From positions 201,624,001 through 201,688,000 of the forward strand of contig OZ024740.1 in assembly GCA_964016885.1 (NCBI GenBank): DNA of 64,000 nt, in the 5' to 3' direction. Positions 51,777 to 64,000 of this stretch are shown here, in pieces. The notes beneath the pieces were generated by a model. That model was not told the origin of the DNA. It saw only the letters and a list, made by a program, of their open reading frames with translations, and did not search any database. Position 1 is the stretch's first letter; every line of letters begins with the position of its first letter. Origin of the DNA: Eledone cirrhosa (taxonomy: Eukaryota). A program made the translations under genes and the position numbers.

Positions 51777-52381
51777 ATATAGCAGAATCACGAGAACACC
51801 AGACATGATGTCTAGCAATATTTCTTCTGGCTATTGTATTTGGAATTGAAATGACCTGCTTGGGTACTAGATATAATCTGTTAATTGGTTTAGTACAACC
51901 ACCATCCAGTTTTGAGGTACCTTTAATCCACTCTGTTGCAAGCATTTGGACAAAGTCTCCCTAAAAAAGAGTGCCTCAACAGCCTAATGACTGAAACCAT
52001 CAAAGACCTCCTCCAGTCATGAGTGACAATGGGTTTGCACCTGGAAAGTTCCCCTCCAAGGTGCAAGTCTATGCAGGGTGTTTTGGGGAAGACCAGCAGT
52101 CATCCATGCATGATGCTCTTCACTCTCCACATACCAATGTTGCCCAACGGAAAAGCAAAGGCCAATTCAATTTGGCACCTGTGTCAATGTAACTCATTTT
52201 TTCCAGTTGAGTGAACTGGAGCAACTTGAAATAAATTACCATGTTTAGAGACACCATATACCACAACTACCCAGTCCGAGAATTGAACTCATGACTTTAC
52301 AGTGATGAGCCCAGCACAATAAAATCAGTAAAAGAAAGAATCAGACAAATTATGACATCAGCCCAGCCAGTGTGTCTTTAC

Positions 52382-52470
52382 CTTGACCTTTTCAGTGGCA
52401 ACAACTTAACTGGTGTGTTGACACTTATCATAAGTCAAACTATGAAATGATATGACACTGTAGGAAATAT
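52382..52470 (-). other. Candidate non-coding (5' UTR) exon
   Basis: Pyrimidine-rich acceptor CCTCTTCCTTTTACTTCATACAG and strong donor CAAG|GTAAAG; no frame open throughout. Confidence 0.3.
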
Positions 52471-52692
52471 CTGTATGAAGTAAAAGGAAGAGGTAGGGGA
52501 GACACATGCTAGTCAAAATAGATCTGAGCTGTTTCTGAAATAGTAGAACACCTGCTGTATTTACAAAAAAAGGCTTCTTCCCATCAAAAGTGAAATAACT
52601 TAAAGCTCCACAGTCGAAATATAAGATAGACAGAGAGGAAAGAAAAGATGTGTGTGTGAGTAAGGTACTCATTACATTAGTAGAGAGTAAAC

Positions 52693-52830
52693 AACAAATT
52701 TAATATAGACATGGTTTCTGCAGGACTAGACTTCTGTTTCATTCAAAGGAAATCACCAGGAAAGCCTGATGATTTCCAGCAAATGAAACAGTTCTAGTCC
52801 TGTAGAAGCCTTTTCTATATTAAATTTGTT
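52693..52830. mobile_element. Diverged palindrome with hammerhead-like core (PLE remnant)
   Basis: About 67-bp imperfect arms around AAAG; CTGATGA (52766-52772)..GAAA (52785-52788). Confidence 0.6.
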
Positions 52831-52840
52831 TAAATATATA

Positions 52841-53800
52841 TCTATACTATAAAGCTGACGGCTGTATGTAGGTAACAAACTTTCCGCCAAATGGCTGGAC
52901 CAAATTTGCACCATAGATGTAACTTTTTCCAAGTAAAAAAGTGAGGGTATTTTTGTCTAATGAATTTTGTTAAAAGATTAAAGATGTTATTTAAATATTC
53001 ACTTGTTTAAAAGTTCAAATGTCAACACTTCCGGTTATACGTCATTCCTCACTTTTTCTTATGACGTCGCACAACATTCACCTCTTTTTCTTAATCTGTA
53101 TGTCTGACTGTCTGCATTAGATAACGTTTTTCAAAATATTTACTTCTGTGTTCTTTTAGTTTCAGAAGATCCCGTTAAGGGTGAAAGCAGCGAATCTTTG
53201 CTTAAACTTTAATCTGTTATTTTAATATATATATTCGTGTACAGATATTTTTGCATACACAAAAACAAAAACCTATTTATTTCACGAAAGCACAGACGGC
53301 TTATCGTCATTGTTACTGTTCGAGGTTAGAGGACCACAGTCTTTCCAAGATCTGAGAACCATCAATGGCCATTAATGTTCCACTTACCATTTGGCTTGCC
53401 AGATGCGTGGTATGTTACACGATAACAGCCATTGGTACCTCACCCTGCAAGAAGCAGCAACTGCTAAAGTCCCTTCTCAGCTGCAAAAACTTTTTGCTAT
53501 TATGCTGCACAACTGCGATCTTGCCGACCCTCTCGCACTGTGGAACAACCACCACGAAAGTCTAGCTGAGGACATCCTCCACCGCACATGCAGACACAAT
53601 CCGAACGTAACATATGTCGTTTTCAATGAGGCGCTCATTTGTCTTGAAAACAGTGTCCTGGAGATTGGTGGTAGGCCTCTAAGTCACTACAGCTTACCTG
53701 CTCCTGACAGGAGTGTCCAGAGGTCAACGTCTACAGAGCTTTTCCGCGAGACGAGCTACAAGATCAGTGATTCTCCCATGGTCAATTGTATGTAGGATGC
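52841..53800 (+). pseudogene. Helitron fragment: 5' end plus Rep/Hel linker coding remnant
   Basis: TCTATACTATAAAG 5' end; LLLFEVRGPQSFQDLRTING..ACQMRGMLHDNSHWYLTLQEAA..QLQKLFAIML..PLALW..SLAEDIL matches the region upstream of the Helitron PIF1-like helicase. Confidence 0.85.
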
Positions 53801-55361
53801 TCTAGGGTTAGCTCGCCAAACAATCCCTTCATCTTTGCTCTAGAGGAGCCAAACAAAAAATATTGTATACTCTGAGACTAACAATGTAATTTAAATATTT
53901 TCTGTTACTTGGAATTTCCATTATGGTTGTACAAATTATTGTTTGTTAAAAAATGTATTCTCTGTTCAGCCTTTATTGTTATAACTATCAATTTTCTTTA
54001 ACGTACTGGCTGCTGAACTGGAGAATCCTAAAAACTATTCAAACCCAACATCAGAGTATATAAATATATAAAGATTAAAAAGACAAACTCAGAGCTACAA
54101 TTACAAAAACTCTTATTAGACTCATGTTTATTGGAAAAGGAGAGTGTCTCAACATATTGGACAGTAATCCTTCAAAGGTGAGTGGAGTTAGACAAAAGAG
54201 GAGGTTGGAAGGTGGAAATAAAAAGAAGAAAGTATTTATGAGGGTGGGCAAGTAGTCTGAAGTGTGGGGTGGTGTGCCTAGGTATAACTGTCACTGTGTT
54301 AGTCTTTTTTAATCTTGAACTATATATATATATAGATACGCATACACATGCATGTGTGTGCACATGGTCACTGTCCTTATCTTCCCGATTAAACAGTTGC
54401 AATGGACAACAAGTCTTTTAGGGCCATTTTCCTTGCTAAGGCAAAGGTTAGTCGTTTAGACCCCATGATAGATTTCAAATTATCATGGGATCCTTTTTGA
54501 GGCAATTTTTTATAACCAGATGTTCTCCTTGGTGCCAACCTTTTCTGGTACCTCTTAAAACATACAGGGTCATCATTTAACATCCGGTTTTTCCTGCTAG
54601 TAAAGGTTGGGAGGGTCATCACAGATCAAGTCAGTACTTAGTGAAAACCAGTGATCTCTCAGAAGGGTTGGAAGCACATCTCACATACATACATTCTCAC
54701 TCTCTGCAGAGTGTGCCATTCATTTTGTCATGGCACCAATAGTAGAGAGGTCATCATGTCCTTGACACAACAGAAAAATCCTCTTTACTCTTTGTGCCCT
54801 TAACACAACTAAAGAGTCATCTCACCTTTTTGGCATGGTTTCTACAGATGAATGCCCTCCTTATAATCAATAACCTCACAGGGTATATTCAGTACGTTTT
54901 ATTATGGCATCAATACTAGGGATGTTAGTTACTGACTAAACTGAAGAGCCTTCTCTACCCTATGGGCAATGATAGGATGGGTGGGATAGGTTAGGAGTAG
55001 CTAGAGAAGGGGTGTGCTCGTATTCTAGACAAAATACAATAATGAGATTAAAATCCATTAAGGCGGAACTGCTCAACATTTTCTTATATTTGAATAGAAT
55101 ATAAAGTTCATTAAAAATCCATCTGTGATTTATTCTTTATTTTCCAAACATTCACAGCAACTTTCAATCAAACTATCAATAGAACAAAATACAGTAAAAT
55201 CTACATCAACTAAATTAATCACTGGTAAATAAAGAAATATTTAGAAGGCAAACATATATATATATATATGGAGCATGAAATAAATTAATCATCCATAAAC
55301 AAAGATGATTAGAAGGCAGACATAAATATATAGATTTAATGTGTGTGTTTAGGCATAAGTA

Positions 55362-55408
<47 letters not shown>

Positions 55409-55476
55409 CTTTAGGTCGTTTTGGAAGCCTCAACAATGCAGATGGGTAAATCTCCGGGTAACAAGATCCGGTGGTG

Positions 55477-55522
<46 letters not shown>

Positions 55523-55726
55523 ATATATATGATATATATATGAGAGGGGGAGAGAGAGAACAGTATAAATCTGTCAACAATAAATCAATATTTACCAAAG
55601 TAGCCTACTTGAAAATTCAAAGAGAAAATCTTTAATCAGTGAGATATATCAACAATATGTGGAAATTAAAGAACTACTTTGCTGATGAAATTAAACAGTG
55701 ACTAATCCATGTAAAATTATACACAC

Positions 55727-55769
55727 CTGCTTCTGCAGATTTAATTCTCAGTGGAACGAGTGGTTCTTC
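55727..55769 (-). other. Candidate 43-nt exon
   Basis: AATAG|GAA..GCAG|GTGTGT; one frame reads EEPLVPLRIKSAEA; acceptor is weak. Confidence 0.2.
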
Positions 55770-55790
55770 CTATTTGAAGTATAAGATTAA

Positions 55791-56032
55791 CCCTTCCATT
55801 AATATATTTCTAATGAATGACCCTTCCTATGATTTTTAATTAATTTTGAAATTAAACAGTAACTTGGGGGATTTAGTAATATAACTTTCTCATCTATCTG
55901 GTATTTGGAGCATATCAACATTTTCTTACTTAAAATTACAATAGGTTTAAATTTAAATATGAACACTTTAAAATAAACAGCTTTGTATAACAGAACCAGG
56001 AATAGTTTCATGTGGTTCTTGTATCAGAAGGG
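55791..56032. mobile_element. piggyBac-like MITE family B
   Basis: TTAA|CCCTTC...GAAGGG|TTAA. Confidence 0.7.
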
Positions 56033-56109
56033 TTAATTATACTTCTAACAGATAAAGAGTTATGAAAATATGCAGCATATATCAATCTGTAACTACTTCA
56101 GAATAACAA

Positions 56110-56812
56110 TCTAAACTATAATAAAGTATGGAGTGCGGGACTGCGTCCAGAATATATTTTTTTATCCCGTTTGTAAAATAAGTTGGATTACTTTGAATAA
56201 ATAATGAATGAATATTACATAATTCATCTACTAAATTTCATTATTCTTGATTAAATATAAATAATATTACTGCTTATTTTAAGATTCACTTCTTCAAAAT
56301 TTTCAAATGTCAACACTTCCAGTTAGCGATCGCTTAAATAAACATTTATATATTTCCACCACTAATTTTCTCCTAATGCAGTTTATATATAATATCGTCT
56401 TTTTTTAATGTATTATGGATTACGTTACTGATTACAGAAGACAATGTAACGCAGTCTTCGTTCAATTTCTGTGTATATTGTCAATTACGATTTTATTTGA
56501 TGTATCATATCTACAAGCATATATCATCATTTTTCATCATTTCATTTTACGTCCGCTTTTCCCTGATTGCAAGGGTGGGACGGGAACTGATTCTGGCTTG
56601 ATTTCTAAAGCTGGATGCCCTTCCTAACACCAACCTCATTTTTACAGTGAGTGCTGGGTGCTTTTTTGCTGTGGCACCTGCACGACCACTTTACAGTGGA
56701 ATATGGACCCCAGTCCCTATCATCTAATTTCTACAGCTGAGTATTTCTATATTTCTATACCTGCGTATAATATCAATATGCACATTACGCATGCTAGCAG
56801 AAAACCACCCGA
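56110..56812 (+). mobile_element. Non-autonomous Helitron (same family as 44863-45357) interrupted by a SINE at about 56522-56742
   Basis: TCTAAACTATAATAAAG start; GCATGCTAGCAGAAAACCACCC near end. Confidence 0.8.
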
Positions 56813-57017
56813 CCAAATGACCAAATGACACTGAGGTGAAACTAGTACAGCTAGACACACCTAGAATTAACATTTCACTTAGATAGTAAATTGATGGAGT
56901 CATTACAGCATAGGATATAATGCTTTGTGGTATTTGTTCTGGCTCTGTGTTCAAATCCTGCCAAAGTTCACTTTGCATTTCATTTTTCTAAAAAAAATTA
57001 CTTTTATTTTTACAACT

Positions 57018-57470
57018 TACCATATATACTCGAATATAAGCCAATCCGAATATAAACACCTCACCCCATCCTATTATATGTCTGACAAATGGGCAAAAAT
57101 CCAAACCCCCTTTTGATTATGTTCAGATGGTGCAATTTTGAAATTCTCATGAGTGGAGAATATATTTATGAAGTTCTAGTATTTTATTATTTAAAAAAAT
57201 TTAAGTGTCAGAGTATAGTTTTTATTTCACAACTCAAACACATAATTTTTTTTTTTTTTTACTAATTTCCGATTGTTTTGAAGGCCATATTCAAAACATA
57301 TCAAAAACAATAGGAAATACAAATTTCATGTCGAAAGTGAAGCCGGTTTAATATTCACCATTAAAACAAAAATATTTTAGTATCTCATTTACATAGAATT
57401 TTGAAGTTGGTGAAAATCGGCAAAATATTGAACTCAAATATGAGCCAACCAACATTTTACCATCACTTTT
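57018..57470. mobile_element. Decayed Tc2/pogo-like DNA transposon
   Basis: TA|CCATATATACTCGAATATAAGCC terminus typical of Tc2-type elements. Confidence 0.45.
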
Positions 57471-57744
57471 TTTGTCATATATTTCCTGGTCTAAATACAT
57501 GTATATGTGGTAACTCTTACTGTCCTATACCACATAAAACCACATTACCCAGACATTCTTGAAAAGTAGAAAACAGCATTAAGATATTAAAAATTCAATA
57601 ATACTGTAAATTTACATTACAATCTGTCAACAAGTAAAGAGACTATAAACATTTGAAGTAACAAACCCACATTTAGATATTTTCTGCTAAATCATTACAG
57701 GATGTTATAGACAGACATACCATATTAAGAAACTGAATATAGCT

Positions 57745-57809
<65 letters not shown>

Positions 57810-58191
57810 GCATGGTTGAATGGTTTTAAAGTTTCCTTGTCTATTATGAGGTTCCAAATTTGACCTCACTGTGTGGCATCTTGGACAAATTTCTTTACCA
57901 AAACCTTGAGTTGACCCAAATCTTATAATTAATATTGAGCTGTCAGAAATTGTGTGGAAGCCCATAAGATGGAGTGTGCATTAAATTAATAGGTTCAATC
58001 TTATCACATTGTATCCTGCTGATTAAGCTTGAGAACACAGCTAATCAATTTGTTTGCAGCTTGTTTTTTAAGTAAGTTAATGTTACACATCCAACAGACC
58101 ACACTTGACTTATTTCTTTCTAGCCTCCAGAGACCCTTCACATCTCCATGTACCATTATACAGCCTGCCTCTCAAATGGAAAGATCTTTAA

Positions 58192-58381
58192 CCCTTTAAC
58201 ATTTAAACCAGCCATATCCAGCCAGAATTCTCTCACCTTTTTCTTCTTTAACTGACTACTCATTAAGGTATTATTCTCAAAACAAATAATATCAAAATCT
58301 CATAGATTCAATATTATGTGAGATAAAGCCTTTACTGTGAAAATACAACAGTATATATAGAGTAATATAAATGCTAAAGGG
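58192..58381 (-). mobile_element. piggyBac-like MITE family A
   Basis: TTAA|CCCTTTAACATTTA...ATGCTAAAGGG|TTAA. Confidence 0.85.
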
Positions 58382-60495
58382 TTAAACTCTTTGACACAAA
58401 ACCTCCTGAAAGTTCCCCTAGTTCTATGAAACAAAACTGTTTAGCTCCTAACATCATGTAACACATGAGACTGCTTTAGCAAGATATTCTTACGTTGAAA
58501 ACAGCACTATGACTACATTATATGAAAAATTAAAGCCTTTTCTCTAATACTACAAATTTCCACAATGACCTGTTCACTATTTACTACAAACTCCAACCAC
58601 TTGACTACACACCATCTTAGATGGTAACAAAATGGTTAAACTTCTTCCACCATTTCCATCAAAACTGTCTGCATCAGTAATAAGGTTACCTATGTAACTA
58701 ATTAATAGATATATCTCACAAACCATCTAAGCAGTTCCTCAGTTCCATTTGCTGACAGTACTCACTGCACTAATTATATATCTGAAGACTTGCTTCTCTA
58801 TCAGCTTGACATAGATCATATTGCATATCATTACCTAGCTTACACTCAGGACACACTATTGACTTCCTTCTACATATTGGGTGGGCAAGGTCATCTCTCT
58901 CTCTAGGATTTCATGCTTTCTCTTTCACAAAGATGTATATCTCTCTCTATCTTTCTGCCATGTTGACCACATGTCTCTAGTTTCTAGACTGGCTTTCCTT
59001 GTAAACATTAGAATGCCTCTTCAGTTTAAGAATACCTTACTCCCTCCCACCTATGGCAGAAGAGCTGATTTATTTCCCTGACTAAACAGTAAAAATAAAC
59101 CAAAATAAAAACAAAGTGTAATGTCAATGCTAAATATTTTCAGTGCCCCTCATTATTCATAGAAAAAAATAAGCTCTACATTTAATTGTTTAAAATAATA
59201 TTAGCATATTTTAAACCAGTTGGACAACAACTAGGTGTGGTGATGTTTACAAGAGAATAATTTCATTTCACTTTGAAAATAAAGTTATTTTGGTTAGTGC
59301 ACACAAATAGGATAAAGTAAGCCCAAATATGTCCATATGGTTAGGTATAGTATGAATATAAAAAGAAGATTCAAGTTAACCAGTCCTCTATCATCATCAT
59401 CATCATTACATTGGTATGGGTTGAACATTTATAAGACAAGACACATCAGATAACAAGCTCTTGCTCATATGATTCATATTTTGGTGTGGTTTCTATAGCT
59501 GCATATCCTTCTTAACATTATTAATTGCTTTACACAATGTACTGAGTGCATTTTATCATGGAACAAGCATTAGAGAGGTTGTCATGTGCTCACTCAATCC
59601 TATCTGGAGACTTCAATTGTCAACCACTTTACATTTCAATGTGGCACCAACACTAAACAGGCTGTCAAGCCATCATCAAGACTAAAGAGACCCTTCTACC
59701 CTACATTGCCTTGGTTCATTCATCAAGCCCTAATACTAAGTGTATTATTGTGCCACCGACTCTAGCATAAAAAGGAAAGCAGAAAACATTTTAATAGTAT
59801 ATTTGTAAGAAAATCTCACATGCTCAGATTCAGCATCTATTAGTGAAATCAGCATTATCATCCTCATTGATTTTCCATCCACTTTCCATACTGGCATGGG
59901 CTGGATGGGTTGTCACAGTCTGAGGCTCTACCAGTGAAATATCTTCCATATTTGTTGTGGTTTCTATGGTTGGATGCTCTTCCTAACACGAACCAACATA
60001 CAGAGTGTACTGGGTGGGTTTCTTCATGCCACCAGCACTACCACTTTACAGAGTGGACTGGGTGCATTTTTTTCATGGCATCAGCAGTACCATTTCATAG
60101 GGTGGATTGGATGCATTTTATCATGGCATTAACACTGATGAGGTTTTCACATGATTGCCAAGACTGAAGAGTCCTCTTAGACTCTATATTGTATCTGTTC
60201 ATATGCCAAAGGTTGTAACCTCCAGTTTCTTACCACATTTACTTTGTGTCACAGAGCTTGTATTGGTGAAAAGGTCGTTTCTATTATGACATATCACCAG
60301 CCAGCTTTATCTTGAATCATCTCTTTCATTGCATTCAGTTGTTTATTTTTAGGTCATTCTTCACAACAATGTAAGAGTTTAATGCTTAGTGGAAAGTTGT
60401 GTATATATAATGTTTAAATTTAAAGTATATATAATATTTAAGTTAGCAGAAGTGAATGTACATATATTTTAATGGAAGTATGTTTGTGTATGTGC

Positions 60496-60770
60496 GCACC
60501 ACAATATCCAGTCCAAACAAATGAGGTCATGTAGGTGTCACAACAAAAAAAACAGACAGTCCATGCTTTAATGTGGTTATGTAGGTAACACGGTAAAAAG
60601 CTCCCAGTCCACACTGTAAATGTGGTTGGTGTTAGGAAGGGCATCCAGCCGTAGAAAACCAGCCAGACAGTCCTATACGAGTGAGACATGGTCACTCGAC
60701 CAATCTTGCCTCAAGTGGGACAACTCTCGTCTAACCCATGTTAGCATGGAAGATAGACAAACGATGATGA
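60496..60770 (+). mobile_element. RTE 3' UTR/tail fragment
   Basis: Matches 47085-47358. Confidence 0.8.
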
Positions 60771-60784
60771 TATATATATATAGT

Positions 60785-60880
60785 AATCGCTGCTTTCACT
60801 CTATTACGGGATCTTTTAGAAGATCCCGTAATAGGATGAAAGCAGTGATTCTTTGGTTAAACTTTAATCTGTACTAATAG
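60785..60880. mobile_element. Short palindromic PLE-like remnant between TA-rich tracts
   Basis: About 31-bp arms (60785-60850); right arm and tail match 53163-53220. Confidence 0.6.
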
Positions 60881-60895
60881 TAAATAAATAAATAA

Positions 60896-60924
<29 letters not shown>

Positions 60925-60934
<10 letters not shown>

Positions 60935-61602
60935 AAGTTGTAGTTCCTGTTTGTTTGTTTCTTTGTTTGTTTGTTCACAAACTCCTCCTATGGTTTTGGA
61001 GATAGACCCCCATAATCATATATATTCTGAAACTACATTCCACAGGGTACTTCGATAAGTATATTTCATTTTAATCAAAGAGTTCCTCAAGGGAACAAAC
61101 CCCCGCTGAAAGTTTTTTCCCTTTGATTTATATGAAATTTAAACCATAGGTAAATGACAAGATCTGATGCCTATTCACAAAATTTCAGCAATATTTCAAT
61201 AATATAATGGAGGTTAATCAAAGGGTTCCCGGGGGGCACGAATCCCCACTGAAAATTTTTTCCCTCGATTTATATGAAATTTAAACCATAGGTAAATGAC
61301 AAGGTATGATGCCTATTCACAAAATTTCAGCAAATTTCAAAATAATGCTTTACACAAAAATAAAATGATCAAATTTTGAATTGATATTTTGAAAAAAATG
61401 ATTTACAAGAAACAAAATAAGAAATAATAATGTAATTTTGATTTGATATATTACAAAAAATAATGTTTTCCAATTTTTCATGCATTACATTTTACATTGA
61501 AATGTAGAGTTTTTGTCCATAAATTATATCACTGATTTAAAATGAATCATATTCTTACAAAAAAAAATGTGTGAAACGCAGCAACGCGCGGGTAATTCTG
61601 TT
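60925..61602 (+). mobile_element. Non-autonomous Helitron-like element with internal ~140-bp tandem duplication
   Basis: (TGTT)n after the TA-rich start, AACTCCTCC motif, 3' ACGCAGCAACGCGCGGGTAATTCTG resembling a Helitron 3' hairpin. Confidence 0.55.
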
Positions 61603-62402
61603 TTGTGTGTGCGTGCGTGCGTGTGTGCGTGCGCGCGCGTGCATATATATATAATGATAGTGGTAATGTATATAATTATTATTTTATATCCATTTAGTAA
61701 AGTGGTCAGAGGTAGGAAGATGGTGAGGTAGACCAACATGAAGTGATGTGAAGTTTATTCAGTGGCCTCCATTGCACCAACAATACAGTATAGTAAGAAT
61801 GCCAACTATTTGTTTTCATACTTGGGTTATTGATCAAAAACAACTGCAATTGCTTCATACAATACAAACATACAGCAGTTGATTTAAAAAGTATTGGGAA
61901 ATTTTGAAATTTGAAATGTGTGTATTCATTGCAAATGACCATAATAATAGTACTATAATCACTATAAATAATAGTTAAGGAAATAAAATACCCCTGGAAA
62001 CAAGAAAAAGTGGACAGGGGCATTTTTGTCCACATTTTCTCATTTCCAAGGGAACTTGACCCAATTTTCTCTTATTTTTAATGATTAACTTATCATTATC
62101 GTCATTTGCATTGATACACACACATTTCAAATTTATATATATATATACATACATCCACACAATATAGCAGAGAAATGTTTGTTGGTTGGTTCCTTCATGC
62201 ATCACACAAAAATGAAAGCTGACAATCAAAAAGTAAGTACACCAATGGAATAAGGGTATACCCAGGAACGTTTATTAATACTAATTTTTTTTTAAATGCT
62301 GACTGCTATTTCTAGTAGGTTGGGAATCAATCATAATGGATTCTCTTTAAACATTAGTTAATGATCGTGTTTCGTGGCCAGCATCTCCGATTCGAACGCT
62401 GG

Positions 62403-62455
<53 letters not shown>

Positions 62456-62959
62456 CTTAAATCATTTTACTTTTATTAACATCATTTCCTGCAGACAAAA
62501 CTACTAAAACATTTCCGCGGACAATGGTCAGCAAAACCTGCTGCAACAGCCACCCCACCCTGTGGGGCTCCTGATGTTACTATCTACAGTATATCTCCTT
62601 ATAATATATAACCAGCAATTTCTCTGTTTGTCTATCTGTCTGTCCGACAGTGGAAACACGTGCGCGCGTGCGAATGTTTTTTGCGCACGCGTAGAAAGAG
62701 AGTGAGAGTGAAAGAAAGAGACTACAAGAGGGGGATAGCGGGAGGGAGAGAGGGGGGAATTGAGGAGTGCTACAGAAACATATATACATTTCTGTGTGTG
62801 TGTAATATATATATATATATATATACACACACAGAAATATATATATATACACACAGAAATATATATACATTTGTGTGTGTAATATATATATGTATATATA
62901 TATATATACACACACACAGAAATGTATATACATTTCTGTGTGTGTAATATATATATAAA

Positions 62960-63400
62960 CTAGCAGAAAACCACTCGTTGGGCGGTTTTCTGCTAGTCTA
63001 TATATATAAAACTGAGGTTGTCTGCCTGTCTGTCAACTAACACCTTCGGCACACATCTCCTCCTAAACTGTACGTTCAAATTTCGGTGAAATTGCTACAC
63101 TTATAGATGAAGGTCCGGCGGAGATATCGGTCAAAGAAATTTTCAAATCGACCCACGCCAAGGGCAAAAATCGAATTTGTAATGTATTGATTTTTCAGTT
63201 CAAATGTATAAATAGAGATGAGAGACGAGTTATTTCCCTTTTATGGCGTCATTTGCTTATCTATTTATGTTACGTATAAACGACGCGGTGGACCGAGAAG
63301 AACAATTTCATGCAAAGACAAGACCAAGTTTATGGAGTAAATGGAGTCGTTAGACAAATATTCTATTTAAAATAACCGAATGATTTCCAGCCCCGGAGTT
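62960..63400 (+). mobile_element. Helitron 3' hairpin/CTAG directly joined to another Helitron-like 5' end
   Basis: CTAGCAGAAAACC..GGTTTTCTGCTAG|TCTATATATATAAAAC..TGTCTGCCTGTCTGTC. Confidence 0.6.
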
Positions 63401-63454
63401 TAAGAATAATGTTAATAAAATTGTAAACGAAAATGACAGGTTATTAAAATAGTT

Positions 63455-63558
63455 GCTTCTACTTTTGGCACAAAGCCAGCAATTAACCAGTACATTACTG
63501 GTACTTTATTTTATGGACCCCAAATGGATGAAAGGCAAAGTTAACCTTGACGGGATTT
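63455..63558 (-). mobile_element. Meta-like tRNA SINE fragment
   Basis: Central domain on the minus strand. Confidence 0.75.
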
Positions 63559-64000
63559 TAACTTTGCCTTAAAATAGTAAAAGTAAATAGTGAAGATTTA
63601 GGCCAGTACATACATATGCGCCGACGGACATACACATACATACGTGTGCGTGTGTGTGTGTGTGTGTGTGCATAAACCTTATGCATTTCTACAGTATTTT
63701 CACCAAACTTAAGACACAGGTTACTTATGTACTCCGGATGGTCATGGGCACTTTCATTTTTCCAGATATTGATTATAGGGCCTCCAGGTAGATAACCCCC
63801 GTTAACCACTTCCTTGGAGTCGACTGAAGCACTGCAGTGCAATGCAAAAAAAGTCATATCTTCTGGAGTTCGAAACCGATTTTCACAAAACTTGACACAT
63901 GGGCTACGTTTGTTCTACAAATGAATGTGAACTCTCAGAATTGGCACATATTGAGTAGGGGACCCCTGGGGGCAGGAACCCCCTTTTGGAAAAAGCCGAT

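Noticed and set aside
55682-55705. CTGATGA hammerhead core
   Set aside because: No stem II, GAAA or stem I at suitable spacing; the same applies to CTGATGA at 22639.

Overview
AT-rich, repeat-dense eukaryotic DNA with no intact protein-coding gene. The repeat families (RTE LINE 3' ends with (GAT)n tails, tRNA-derived CORE-type and Meta-like SINEs, very many (TA)n/(CA)n/(GA)n tracts) suggest a coleoid cephalopod such as an octopus; this is inference. Nearly all long ORFs are translations of simple repeats. Real protein similarity is limited to decayed transposon pieces: RTE RT, Penelope GIY-YIG endonuclease, hAT transposase, mariner transposase and Helitron Rep/Hel. A few isolated minus-strand exon candidates, one ending ATG-CCA-CAG|GT, hint that the window is mostly large introns at the 5' end of a minus-strand gene. 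The most notable signal is a set of type I hammerhead-ribozyme motifs and long palindromes in (TA)n-associated Penelope-like remnants, concentrated at 31.4-34.7 kb. These include a compact minimal form, forms with greatly extended stem II, and a recurrent U.U pair at the base of stem II. The window also holds a Helitron insertion with its empty site, TTAA-specific piggyBac-like MITEs and a 27-bp minisatellite. All coordinates were read by eye; repeat boundaries are approximate unless TSD/TIR positions are given.
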